NCBI RefSeq assembly: GCF_030144855.1
Contig: NC_082718.1
Span: 91,140,001 to 91,204,000 of the forward strand
Length of the DNA stretch: 64,000 nt
Source of the DNA: Hypanus sabinus
Taxonomy: Eukaryota
Reading direction: 5' to 3'
Part shown: positions 38,546 to 50,337 of the stretch, one piece after another
Layout of the letters: the number at the start of each line of letters is the position of its first letter
How positions within the stretch are numbered: the stretch's first letter is position 1
Program-made: the position numbers and the translations under genes
Notes under the pieces: model-generated
What the model saw: only the letters and a program-made list of their open reading frames with translations
Told to the model about the DNA's origin: nothing
Databases searched by the model: none

Positions 38546-39589
38546 GGTAAACTTGAACCCTTGGGTGCTAGAGAGAGGAATAAATATACTGCAAAAAGAG
38601 AATCTAGGCAAGAGACTAAGCACCTTGCACTGGTCTTCATACCAGTAGAGAATGAGAATGCAACAAAAAAGTGTAAGGACCTAATTGTGGGATCCAGTGA
38701 CAATGTGAATAAAAAAATCACAAATTTATAGCACAGGAAGCAGCCATTTAACTGACCCAAAGTTATCAATGCAAATTCAACATAATGCAGAAACTCAAAA
38801 CCAACTAAACATCATGAAGTACTACAGAATGTGCTTGGAAAGAGACGATATCCTGAATAATAACCTTTTGATTTTGAAACTGCCTTGGTATATTAAAGTA
38901 CAGTAAAAACATACTGAGTACAAAAGTCTGATGATATTAACACTCTGACCGGAATCATGAGCTATGAGGAATAGGTGAAAGGTGTCTGCACGTCAGATCG
39001 AAGATCTTGGTCAAGATCTGCATGATCTTATTGAAGGGTGAAGCATGTCGTCTCCTGTTCCATTTCCAATGTTCCCGAATTGAAAAGGAATACAGTATAT
39101 TGCATGATAAACCAAGAGCTGGTATGCAATGGTACGAGGAAAAGTTATTTACTACAAAATTAGATGTAGTATTCTCAGAATGTTTCTCTGGATTTTTTTT
39201 CCAGTGGATTTTAAGGTGGCCAATATGGGACCTGTAGACCACCTACACCATAAGTGCCTGGAGATGTACAGTAGATCTGTGCTTTACAGGTATTAAATGC
39301 AAGATCCAAACACAGGGAATATCTGCATAGAGTACAAATAAACACTTCTCAGCAAAAGGTCAAAATGTTAAAGTTCTAATTTAGCACTAAGTGTCATGCT
39401 GACCTGGTAATAGAATCCATGTAACTGACTCAATTATGAAGATGTTTATGGAATAATTATTTAAACATTAAAGATTCTGAAACGTTACTTGCAGAAGCAA
39501 AGAACTAGAAGAATGCATGATAAACATAGCTGTACCACATATCATTTGTAAAAGTCAACCAGAAGTACAGGTCAAGTAAACTAAGATAC

Positions 39590-39774
39590 CTGTGGTATTG
39601 GATAGCGAGTAGGATTAATAGCATCTTCTCGGCCAAAATCAATCATTTTACCACACTTTGGGATGTCGTCTACCCACACACCATCATATAGTTGACCTTT
39701 CTCGAAGAAAAAAAACTTTCCTGATCCATGTTTTTTTCCATTTTTCCAAAAACCTTCATAGCGATTTTCATTAG
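39590..39774 (-). CDS. MORN3: MORN3 coding exon 4 (185 nt)
   Basis: NENRYEGFWKNGKKHGSGKFFFFEKGQLYDGVWVDDIPKCGKMIDFGREDAINPTRYPIPQ. Acceptor tttattcag, donor GTATCT; phases fit the neighbouring exons. Confidence 0.93.
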
Positions 39775-40733
39775 CTGAATAAACACAGGACTTAAGTGGT
39801 ACATATAAATAAAATACATTTGTAGCATTGCTTGTCATAGGGTTATACTGTATAACCACTACATATATTGTACCCCACCGTTATTCTTTGGAGTGTCATG
39901 TTCTATTAAGTTAATATAAGCAAATTACAGATTTAATTTTGAAGCCTGATTATCCACAATAAGTACATGGAAGTGACTGGCCAAAAGGAAAAGTAACTCT
40001 TACACATCTAACAAATGTTTATGCTAAGCATTACAACAGGAGTTCTGTTTAATCAGGGTGCATCATCATAGCATAAGTGTACTGTCATCACATTTAGAGA
40101 CTACTAATGGCCTGCAAACTCAGAACTAGAATTTTAATTAGCAATTAGCAAATAAGGAAAATTGGCAGACATCCTCTAGTATTAATTGGGTAATTTGAAT
40201 TTTGGGGAATAGATCTTTAATGTTTATCATTAGTCTCCTGTAACACAGCAAATCTACTCAATAAATATATGGCCTATCAGAAATAAGATATGCAGGTGAT
40301 TGCAGCAAAAAAGAATCTGCAGGAGAGACTAGGCAGGTCGATCTGTGTGAATAAAGGAATTGTCAATGTTTCAGGTTGAAAAAACGCTACATCAGGATAG
40401 AACGGAGATGTGAGAAATTTAAAGAGGAGACCCAAGATCATTGGTTGACCCCAACAGATGTATCTAATTCTTTATCCTTATTGCCTCAATCCAGAACCAT
40501 TGATGGTAATGTCACAATCACCTGGTAATGTTTCTGAAATTTGCTTGATGGACAACTGTTGACTGAGACTTGGGTGAGAGCTCCCTTGATCTACTTTCAA
40601 TAGTGATTTGGTGTCTTTTCCACCCCAATGCTGCAAAAGGACTATCTTCTCTCTTTTAAAAGATAATTCAGGCAACTCTGCAGTAAGAAATTAGGGTGAT
40701 GTCAGTGTGCTTTCTCAAAACAGTGGTGTAGAA

Positions 40734-43570
40734 CAGGGGTTCCCAACCTGGGGTGCGAAATGGAATTTCAGGGGGTGCGATAAAGAGTGCCTTGTGTCCT
40801 TGAGTGACAAGTCATTACTCAGCCAGCTGCCAGTGTGCCTTGATAAGTGGTAGTAACGTTTGTCCCAAGTACACTCCAGTCTCCTGCAGCCCGAGTCGAG
40901 AGAGACATAAACTCACTCCAGTCTCCCACTGCCTGAGTCAGCGTTGAGGATTCTCATCAGTGTTACCTGGTAGTTACAACTCAGAGTTGAGGAGTCTCAA
41001 TGTTAGCTAGGTTACATCTTAGAGTTAAAAATCACCTCATAATGCCAAAATCTTTATACATCTCGAATCAACCATCGAGTAACGACTTCGCGTTAAAACC
41101 AAACCCACAGATAGTAGGTAAATTATTCAATTATAAAATTTCAAAAAGCCGCATTTTGATAAAAAGCAGCTGAAGTCATTCATTTGTATTTGTCTCAATG
41201 CATTAAAGAAGTTTTTGAATTTTGACGGGTTGTTTTCCTCTTAAAAGGTTTTTTTTCTTGTATTGTTGATAATTTTGAATTGTGTTAGTTATCATGGTTA
41301 GCACTGAGGTATCATGGTTAGCACTGAGGACTTTGAATCATGTGATGGGAGTTCACATCTCCAGTAATAATCAGAAATAGATGTGTAAATTCAGTAGAGA
41401 GTAGCCTAATAAGTCGCATCGCATCCCCATAGTATTTCCACCTGACGATTTATCTTGGCGTAACCGCAGATAATATCGTAATATAATATTCGAAAGCGTA
41501 TTTCTCGCGATACTTTTGTTATAGACATGTCCGGCTGAGTAAAGCGGTCATCCCTGACTTAGTCAGATAGTTTTTCTCATATTAGCTCATATTTTTTCTC
41601 TTTACCCTTAACCCTTCATCATGTCAAAAAGAAGGAAATGGAATGATGACTATGTGTACTTTGGTTTCACTTGCACAACAGGAAATGATGGCTTGCAAAA
41701 ACCCAAGTACATTCTTTGTAGCTTTGTGTTTTCCAACTCAAATCTGCAGCCATCCAAGCTTCAAGAGCACTTCAAGAACAAGTATGGCAGAGCTGATGTT
41801 GAAGGACATGATGTTGGGTCATTGAAAATCAAAAGAGCTAGTTTTGATTCACAAGGAACTCTTCCAAAATTAGGTTTGGTTTCTGTTGAAAAACCACTAC
41901 TACTTGCTTCATAGAAAGTGGCCAAATCCAAGAAGCCCCAGACAATTGCAGAAGATCTCATCAATCCATATGCATTGGAAATGGCAACAATTATCCTGGG
42001 CAAAGGAGCAAGAAAAAATTTTGAACAGGTGCCCCTATCAAATAATGTCATTCACAACCGTATCAGTGATTTGAGCGAAGATATTTTGGACCAAGTAATC
42101 TCAGATGTCAGAGCTACTCCTCTTAAAATCTCTATTCAGTTAGATGAATCAACTGATGTCTCCAATTGTAGTCAACTCATCACATCAGTGAGGTATGTCA
42201 ATGATGGTGCTGTGAAGGAAGATTTCCTGTTTTGTAAAGATCTTAAACAAACACAACTGCAAGGGATATGAAGCAGCTGGTGAAAGACTTACTTGCCAAA
42301 CATAATTCAGATATCAAAGTCATTGGTTCTGTGTGCACTGATGGGGCACCTGCAATGCTTGGAAATAAATCTGGCTTTTCTGCATTGATGGAAAAGGAGA
42401 TTCCAGACTTGCAAGTTACCCATTGTTTTCTTCATCGGCATGCTTTGGCACCAAAAACATTGCCTCCAAATTTGAAGAATGTCCTTGATAATTGTGTGAA
42501 GATCATCAACTGGATCAGGGGCGTGCTTTAAACCATTGCATCTTCAAATCATTTTGAGAGGATCTGGGAAGTGAGCATTCAGTTTTGCTTTTCCACACAG
42601 AAGTCTGTTGGTTGTCACAAGGACAAGCTTTAACCAGCTTCTTTGAACTGCGGGAAGAAATCAAAGTTTTTCTGGAGGAGCATGAATGTGATCTGGTTGG
42701 GGCAACGGAATTACAGGAATTCACCCAAATGCTGGCTTACTTAGCTGACATTTTCACTCATATGAATGACCTGAGTGTTCCTCTTCAAGGAAAAGGGATA
42801 AACATATTGAAGGCTTGTGAAAAGTTGAATGCCTTCAAAGAAAAGTTACGTCTTTGGCATCGAAGGATGGAAAGAGGCAGTCTCTCAAATTTTCCTTCAT
42901 TAGAAGAGATGGTTAATGATGCTGGATCCATAACTCCTACTGTGCGTGAAGAAATTGTGGCTCATTTGGAAATGCTGTCAGAATCGTTTGATGGATATTT
43001 TGCTGCTGAAGACCTTAAGGTTTCAGAAGAATGGATCACAAATCCATATTCCTGCAATTTGGAGAAAATGTCAGATGATGAAGAGCTGAAGGAAGATTTT
43101 ATTGATTTGCAGACAAATCGAGCTCTTGAAATGCAATTTGAAAGCAAGATTTTGGAGGAGTTTTGGTGTGCAGCTCTGGATATGTTCCCAAGACTTGGTG
43201 GAAAAGCACTCCGTATCCTCATTCCATTTGCAACAACATACTTGTGTGAATCTGGATTCAGTTCTCCTTTGTCAATCAAGACAAAATCTAGGAATCGCCT
43301 GAATCCACAGGCAGTCCTGCGGATTGCAGTCAGCAAGAAAGTCCCACGTTTTGACAAAATCATGAATAAGAAGCAGGAGCAAAGAAGTCATTGAATTTTA
43401 TGTTCACAATTGGAATTGATTTTACTGTTTACAATTTTTTCTGAATAAATTAGAATCTAATTGCTCAATTTATATTTGTATTTTATGCACTGAGTTAAAA
43501 GCTTATTTTTTAAAGTTCGGGTTGTTCACCCGCAGTATTGTATGTGGTTCAATTTGTGGTTCAGTACTGT
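40734..43570 (+). mobile_element. hAT transposon, Buster/Charlie family, with disabled transposase; right TIR not found
   Basis: Left TIR caggggttcccaacctgggg. Transposase pieces at 41621-43394 show a BED-like N-terminus, QLDESTD, CTDGAPAM, HCFLHRHAL and TTYLCESGFS. Confidence 0.92.
41621..43394 (+). pseudogene. Buster/ZBED5-ZBED8-like hAT transposase pseudogene
   Basis: Four consecutive ORF fragments (41621-41914, 41918-42271, 42268-42531, 42585-43394) are separated by premature stops and frameshifts. Confidence 0.9.
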
Positions 43571-43578
43571 GTACTGTG

Positions 43579-43885
43579 TTGGCGCGTGGCCTAGTGGGCA
43601 AGGCATCAGACTAGTAACCTGAAGGTCACCGGTTCGAGCCTCAGCTGAGGCAACGTGTTTGTGTCCTTGAGCAAGGCACTTAACAACACATTGCTCTGTG
43701 ACGTCACTGGTGCCGAGCTGCATGGGTCCTTGTGCCCTTCCCTTGGACAACATCGGTGGCATGTAGAGGGGAAGGCCTGCAGCTTGGGCAACTGCCGGTC
43801 TCCCATACAACCCTGCCCAGGCCTGCGCCCTGGAAACTCCAGGCGCAGATCCATGGTCTCTCGAGAACGACAGATGCCACCACCA
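43579..43885 (+). mobile_element. tRNA-derived CORE-like SINE with 7-bp TSD
   Basis: A box tggcctagtgg (43587-43597), B box ggttcgagcc (43631-43640), CORE-like gtgtccttgagcaaggcacttaac, and a (cca)n tail. TSD tactgtg at 43572-43578 and 43886-43892. Confidence 0.85.
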
Positions 43886-44464
43886 TACTGTGCACTTGGA
43901 GCTGATCCAAAGAACGCTACAGAGGTCATTCTTACCCTCGGCTATTAGCCTCTACAACTAGAGAAACCTATAGCTGGGGATGTGATGACCCTCTCCTGTT
44001 AGACTGTTTGAGGTAACTTTTTCTTTTAAATTCTTTACTTTTCTTCTAATATTTGTATATCTGTGCACTTACGATGCTACTGTGACACTGTAATTTCCTT
44101 TGGGATCAATACACTACCTATCTAACTGTCTGATCCAAGGTCTTAAGTTAAATCCAAATGATGGGTCTCAACCCAAAACATTCACTGCCCCCACTTCCCT
44201 CCACATATGCTGCCTGACCTGCGGAGCTCCTCCAGTACTTTGCTCGTTGCATTAGTTTATTATTATACACACCAGGGTGCAAAGAAAGCCCTTCGTCTGC
44301 AGGAAGCCCACAAAGCAAATGGTATCAAGGTTTATAATAAATACAACAACGAACACAAAACAGCAGAATGGTGCAAAGACTGTAGTGCAATCCAAAGTAA
44401 TGAAAAACAAAATAATAAACTGACAATAGCAGAATAGCTGACAGAGATAGGGTTAAGAGTATGA

Positions 44465-45560
44465 GAACCTGGCAGCATCAGCAAGGATCAGTGATAGGGC
44501 CCTTGCTGTTTGTATTATCTATGTGCATGATTTGAATGTAGACATAGAAGGCAAAAGACAAGTTCACAAATGACACAAAAATTTGTAGCGTTGTAGATAG
44601 TGTGATAGGTATAAGGTTGCAGATATTAGTGAAATGGGAGTTTAATCCAAATATTATGTGAGGTGATACATCTTGGGACCACTCATGAGATTAGGACATA
44701 CAACTTGAATGGCAGGGTCTTGGAGCACAAGTCCATGTGTTACCACCTTAAAGATCCTTGAAGGTGGCAACACAGATAGATAAAATGGTTAGAAAGGCAT
44801 GTGGGATACTGGCTTCATTAGACTGCACCCTGAATACAGAAGTAGGGAAGTTATACTACAACTTTATAAAACCTTGATCAGATCTCAGCTGGAGTAGTTT
44901 GGTTCACCAAAGTATAGGAAAGATGTAATAGTGCTGGAGGGGTTGCCAGGTTTGGTTTTATTTACCCAGGATGAAACAGTTCAGATATTAGGAGATTAGA
45001 GAGGCCAAGTCTGTTCTCCCTAGAGTTGTTGCTCCCTTCTGTGCTTTATAACCTTGCCTTTTCATTAGAAAATGTCTGCTTTTTTACGAGGCCAAGTCGC
45101 GTGCACAACTCTGAACCCAGGACGAATGGAAAGCGTGCAAGGAGCTGGCCGGATTTGAAACCAAGACCATTCACCTCGAAGTCTGACACTGATGCCACGA
45201 TGCCACGGGCCAGCACCTCCCTGGAGTGGAGGAGGTTAAAAGGGGATACGATTGAGATATTATAATTTAGGATGGGGCAAGAATGGAGTTATTTTCCCCA
45301 TATCCAAAGTCAATAGAACTAAACAACATAGGATTAGGGTAAGGCAGTAGAGGAGATTTTCTTCACACAGTTGCAAGTACCTGAGGTGCATTGCCCAAGA
45401 GCATGGTTGTAGCTGGGTCACTGACAGCATTTGAGAGATGCCTAGATAAGCACTTGAATTGCTGAGGCATAGAAAGCTATGGATCAAGTGCCAGGTGACA
45501 GAATTAATACAGAAGGGTACCCACTGGTTGGCATGGATGAATTGGGCCAAATAGCCTGTT
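44465..45560 (+). mobile_element. CR1 LINE 3' fragment, decayed, interrupted by a SINE
   Basis: Remnants of the FADDTK region (ttcacaaatgacacaaaaatt), tataaaaccttgatcagatctcagctggagta, and the CR1 3' tail gggccaaatagcctgtttttgtgctgtacgattcta. Confidence 0.7.
45026..45216 (-). mobile_element. Short tRNA-derived SINE with 10-bp TSD
   Basis: Minus strand has A-box-like tggcatcgtgg and B-box-like gtttcaaatcc. TSD ctccctagag (45016-45025) / ctccctggag (45217-45226). Confidence 0.75.
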
Positions 45561-45935
45561 TTTGTGCTGTACGATTCTAACTTGAGAAAATCTAAATCAA
45601 AAAAAGAGGTGGAATATCTTATGTTGTAAAGTGGAACCAAGGAGTATAGAAATATTAATGTCGCAATGATTTTATTTTTGGAGGAAAGTTTTAGTAATAA
45701 ACACTTTTTGATTTTAAGGACTACTGAATAAGTGGCTAAAAGATAAAGGTGGTAAAAGACTTTAACTATGAAATAAACATAGATGAGCTCTAGAAATAAA
45801 TTTGATTCATTTAATTCTTTTTTTCTTAATGCAAGCTTATTTTTTAAAACTGCATTCAAGCTACCATTGTCCAGTTTAGAAAATTAGTGATCATCTTAAA
45901 TAATCCTAGTAAGTATCTTGTAAAACGCTACTCAC

Positions 45936-46095
45936 CAAGACGGAGCATTCCCTGACCATGGGGCAAGTCATTAGACCATTCACCTTCATAAGTAGAGCAA
46001 TCTGCATAGTACATTCTACCCCAGCCGTCCCTCTTATCGTAATACCAATGGCCCTCATAAATATCATCATCTGAATAAAAGTTGGTTCCCAGGCC
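45936..46095 (-). CDS. MORN3: MORN3 coding exon 3 (160 nt; not in the ORF track)
   Basis: GLGTNFYSDDDIYEGHWYYDKRDGWGRMYYADCSTYEGEWSNDLPHGQGMLRL contains MORN repeats. Acceptor tttttatatcggcag, donor GTGAGT. Confidence 0.95.
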
Positions 46096-46754
46096 CTGCC
46101 GATATAAAAAAATAATTCAGAACAAAGTCAAAATGATAATTAGCCCTTCATGTCTGACATCCAGGAAAATCATGGCTAATCTTTTTCATCAATGTCTCCA
46201 TCCTGCAATAGCCTTTGACTCTTTAAATATACAAAACAATTGGTCTTACTTGAATATCTTCAGTGACTGCTCAGTTCTTGGACAGGTAATTCCAAAACTG
46301 CACTAAAAAATTATCATCTCAGTCATTAATCGGCAAGAACTCATCTTGAGATTATGACTCTTGGTTCCAGACTTCAATCCAGAGGAAACATTGTCCCTGT
46401 ATATCTCATATTTTCACTAAACTATTGGGAGGCCATTAGGCCCATCAAGGCTATGCCAGTTCATGGAATAATCCCATTCTATAACACATGACATTCTTTC
46501 ATAAATCCATGTCAATTCTGCTAGATCTTTTATTTTCCTTCATTCTTAATAGATTCTAGCATTTACAATACCACTGATGTCAGACTAAATTATCCATTAT
46601 TGTCCATTTTCTCTCTCTTTTACTTAAAAAGTGGGGTTATATTTGCCTACTTCTAACCTCTGATCAGTTCTAAAATCTATAAAGTTTGTGAAGATAACCA
46701 TTGCATCCACTGCCTTCATAGTTATTTTAGTTAAAACTACAGATGATGGTGCCA

Positions 46755-47330
46755 TAAGACACAGCACCAGAATTGGGCCACTCAGCCCATCAAGTCTGTT
46801 CTGCCATTCCATCATGGCTGATTTACCATCCCCCACTTAACTCCAGTCTCCTGTCTTCTCCCCATAACCACAGACACCATGACTGACCAATAACTTATCA
46901 AACTCTGTCTTAAGTATACTCAATGACTTGGCCTCCACAGCCGTCAATGAATGAATTCCACAGATTCACCACCCCGGCTGAAAAAATTTCTTCTCATATC
47001 TGAATGGCTGTCCCTCTATTCTGAGGCTGTGCTCTCTAGTCCGAGACTCAACCGCTATAGAAAACAGCCCAGAGCCATTAAACGGTCTTCATATTTTAAC
47101 CTTTTCGTTCCTGGAATCATTCAGGTGAACCTCCTCTGACCCTCTCCAATGCCACTGCATTTTTTTCTTAGATAAGGGCCCAAAACTGTGCACAAGACTT
47201 CAAGTGTGGTCTGACCAATGTCTCATAAAGCCTCAAGCATCACCCCTTGCTCACGTAACCTCTCTAAGTGAATGCATTTGCCTTCCTTACCACTGCAAAT
47301 TTGCAAGTTGACCTTTAGGGAATCCTACAC
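46755..47330 (-). mobile_element. CR1 LINE 3' fragment
   Basis: Reverse complement of the same 3' region and tail as the CR1 at 49023-50337. Confidence 0.7.
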
Positions 47331-47643
47331 ACGATTATAGGATTTATTGGTTTCCAGTCCTTATTTCCCAATATAATTTTTCCTGATTATCTCACTGTGA
47401 AATGGTCCTATTTTATCTTTTGCTGATATTTTTACTTATGCAATAAGACCATAAGGTATAGGAGCAGAAGTTGGCCATTCAGCCCTTCAAGTCTGCTCCC
47501 CCATTCAATCATCACCTTTTACTGGCTGTTTTTAAATTTCTGGCTTAGACTAATTGACATTCAACTTTCCTTTTCTGTATCAGAGACAATGCTATTTTGA
47601 ATAAATAACTATTGCTTAAATCGTGAAAACATTCTCTGCTCAC

Positions 47644-47801
47644 GTGTCTTTTGTCATTCTTCCATTCGCCCGAATATACTTTTTTAAATTCTCCACTGAC
47701 TGGATCAGGTAAGCTGTAGGTTCCAAAGCCACTTCTTTTTCCATTCTGCCAGTCACCATCATAAATGGCACCATTAGATTTCCACTTCTGTGTTCCCTTT
47801 C
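47644..47801 (-). CDS. MORN3: MORN3 coding exon 2 (158 nt)
   Basis: GKGTQKWKSNGAIYDGDWQNGKRSGFGTYSLPDPVSGEFKKVYSGEWKNDKRH. Acceptor aaacag, donor GTGAGC. Confidence 0.95.
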
Positions 47802-47958
47802 CTGTTTGCATTAAAATATAAATAATGGGAAATAATTTAAAAATTGGAAATTAATGTTGCCTTCTTTTAGAGCTTTCAATCTGATTCTTTTAAAATATTT
47901 AGCATTTGAGCACATCAAAGCAGCCTCATTCACCACAATCTTCCACTGAGGCATTATC

Positions 47959-48906
47959 TGTCATAAGGTGGGCATTGGGAATGTACCCAAATGCAAGACA
48001 CAGACACTGAAGTACTAGGGAGAGGACTAGGTGTATCAAGAAAGCAAGGGAAGTGGGGAAGAAACAACACTGGACAAGACACAGGCACTGGACAAGACTA
48101 GGAGACAGGACTAGGACTAGAGTAGGAAAATGGGACCTGGACAAGGAACTAGGAACCTGGTCAAGGACTCTGAGCTAGAGCCTGGGTCTTGACTCAGGCT
48201 TGGACTCTGGATCCAGGCAAGGACTGGACGTGGGACTCCAGGGCTGGACAAGGACATGAAGCTCAGATTTGGTCTTGATCGAGGGAGAGCAAACCAGAAG
48301 CAGGGAGAGGCGTAGCTGGACACAGACACTAGCCCTGGATGAGACCAGGGCCTACACTACAACTTGGACTTGGGACACAGACTGGAACCTCCTCAGAGCC
48401 TTGAACTGGAGCACAGGAACACAGAGCCAGGACCTCTCCTTGGGAACAGGACACAGGACCAGGACTCATACACAGACACTAAACACAGGGACACAAAGAG
48501 ACAGTACCAAGCTCAACAATAGATAGTTCCTCCTGTTGGCGTGGCAAAGCTCCAGGCTCACTCCAGTGGCTGAACTTGACGACAATACAGGCGAGGACGC
48601 AGGCATGGGTAGCCAGCAGGGCTTCAGAGGGAAGAAAGGGAACAGTCCAGCCTCAGGGTAACAGCAAAAACAGCCTGACTTTCCCAACAGAGGCAAGGAC
48701 AGGAAGGGACAGATCCCACCATCAGATGACAGAATACCAGCAACCACACTCAAACCCAGGGCCACTTATATTCCATCCCTAATATGAGAATCAGGTGCCT
48801 GTGATTAAGCCTAACTGAAACAACGGACAGCCAGAAGACCCGGAGTCCAGAGTACATGGACTGGACCGTGAACCGGAATGCGGACTTCACGGACCAGACC
48901 ATGAAA
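47959..48906. mobile_element. Probable solo LTR (~950 bp) with internal short degenerate repeats
   Basis: TGTCAT...ATGAAA termini with 5-bp flanks ttatc / ctatc. Internal ggacaagac/ggacacagac-type repeats. Confidence 0.6.
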
Positions 48907-49022
48907 CTATCAAGTGACCCACTGACTCTTAACTGTAAATCTAAATGATAGTATTAAATGCGTAATCATGTGAAAATGCAAAAGTAGTTTAAAGTGATTG
49001 AAAAATAGAAACAGCAAAACAA

Positions 49023-50337
49023 ATAGCAGTAGAAGGATCAGTCCGAGCCAGCATGGATTTATGAAGGGAAAATCATGCTTGACTAATCTTCTGGAGTTTT
49101 TTGAGGATGTAACTATGAAAATGGACAAGGGAAAACCAGTGGATGTAGTGTACCTGGACTTCCAGAAAACTTTTGATAAAGTCCCACATAGGGGATTAGT
49201 GGGCAAAATTAGGGCACATGGTATTGGGGGCAGAGTACTGACATGGATTGAAAATTGGCTGGCTGACAGGAAACAAAGAGTAGTGGTTAACGGGTCCCTT
49301 TCGGAATGGCAAGCTGTGACCAGTGGGGTACTGCAAGGTTCGGTGCTGGGACCGCAGCTGTTTACAATATACATTAATGATTTAGATGAAGGGATTAAAA
49401 GTAACATTAGCAAATTTGCCGATGACACAAAGCTGGGTGGCAGTGTGAAATGTCAGGAGGATGTTATGAGAATGCAGGGTGACTTGGACAGGTTGGGTGA
49501 GTGGGCAAATGTATGGCAGATGCAGTTTAATGTGGATAAATGTGAGGTTATCCACTTTGGTGGCAAGAACAGGAAGGCAGATTACTATCTAAATGGAGTC
49601 AAGTTAGGAAAAGGGGAAGTACAACAAGATCTAGGTGTTCTTGTACATCAGTTGATGAAAGCAAGCATGCAGGTACAGCAGGCAGTGAAGAAAGCTAATG
49701 GAATGCTGGCTTTTATAACAAGAGGAATTGAGTATAGGAGTAAAGAGGTCCTTCTGCAGCTGTACAGGGCCCTGGTGAGACCACACCTGGAGTATTGTGT
49801 GCAGTTTTGGTCTCCAAATTTGAGGAAGGACATTCTTGCTATTGAGGGAGTACAGCGTAGGTTAACAAGGTTAATTCCCGGAATGGTGGGACTGTCATAT
49901 GTTGAAAGATTGGAGCAACTGGGCTTGTATACACTGGAATTTAGAAGGATTAGAGGGGTCTGATTGAAACATATAAGATTATTAAGGGATTGGACACACT
50001 GGAGGCAGGAAGCATGTTCCCGCTGATGGGTGAGTCCAGAACTAGAGGCCACAGTTTAAGAATAAGGGGTAGGCCATTCAGAACAGAGATGCAAAAAAAC
50101 TTTTTCACCCAGAGAGTGGTGGATATGTGGAATGCTCTGCCCCAGAAGGCAGTGGAGGCCAAGTCTCTGGATGCATTCAAGAGGGAGTTAGATAGAGCTC
50201 TTATAGATAGCGGGGTCAAGGGATATGGGGAGAGGGCAGGAACGGGGTACTGATTGTGTATGATCACAGTGAATGGCGGTGCTGGCTAGAAGGGCCGAAT
50301 AGCCTACTCCTGTACCTACTGACTATTGTCTATTGTA
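49023..50337 (+). mobile_element. Young CR1 LINE, 5'-truncated (RT domain to 3' tail)
   Basis: ORF 48998-49963 has QHGFMKGKSCLTNL, VYLDFQKTFDKVPH, QGSVLGP, YINDLD and KFADDTK. One frameshift near 49950 continues into 49990-50253. Tail (ctattgt)n. Confidence 0.95.

Noticed and set aside
41621-43394. Host gene ZBED5/ZBED8/FAM200
   Set aside because: Multiple stops and frameshifts, an adjacent TIR and an intronic location mark it as a transposon fossil.
43579-43650. tRNA gene
   Set aside because: A and B boxes are present but there is no proper acceptor stem. The sequence continues into a SINE body with tail and TSD.
45260-45859. 199-aa minus-strand ORF
   Set aside because: Half is AT-rich intron and half antisense CR1 tail. 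It has no true ATG start and no domain.
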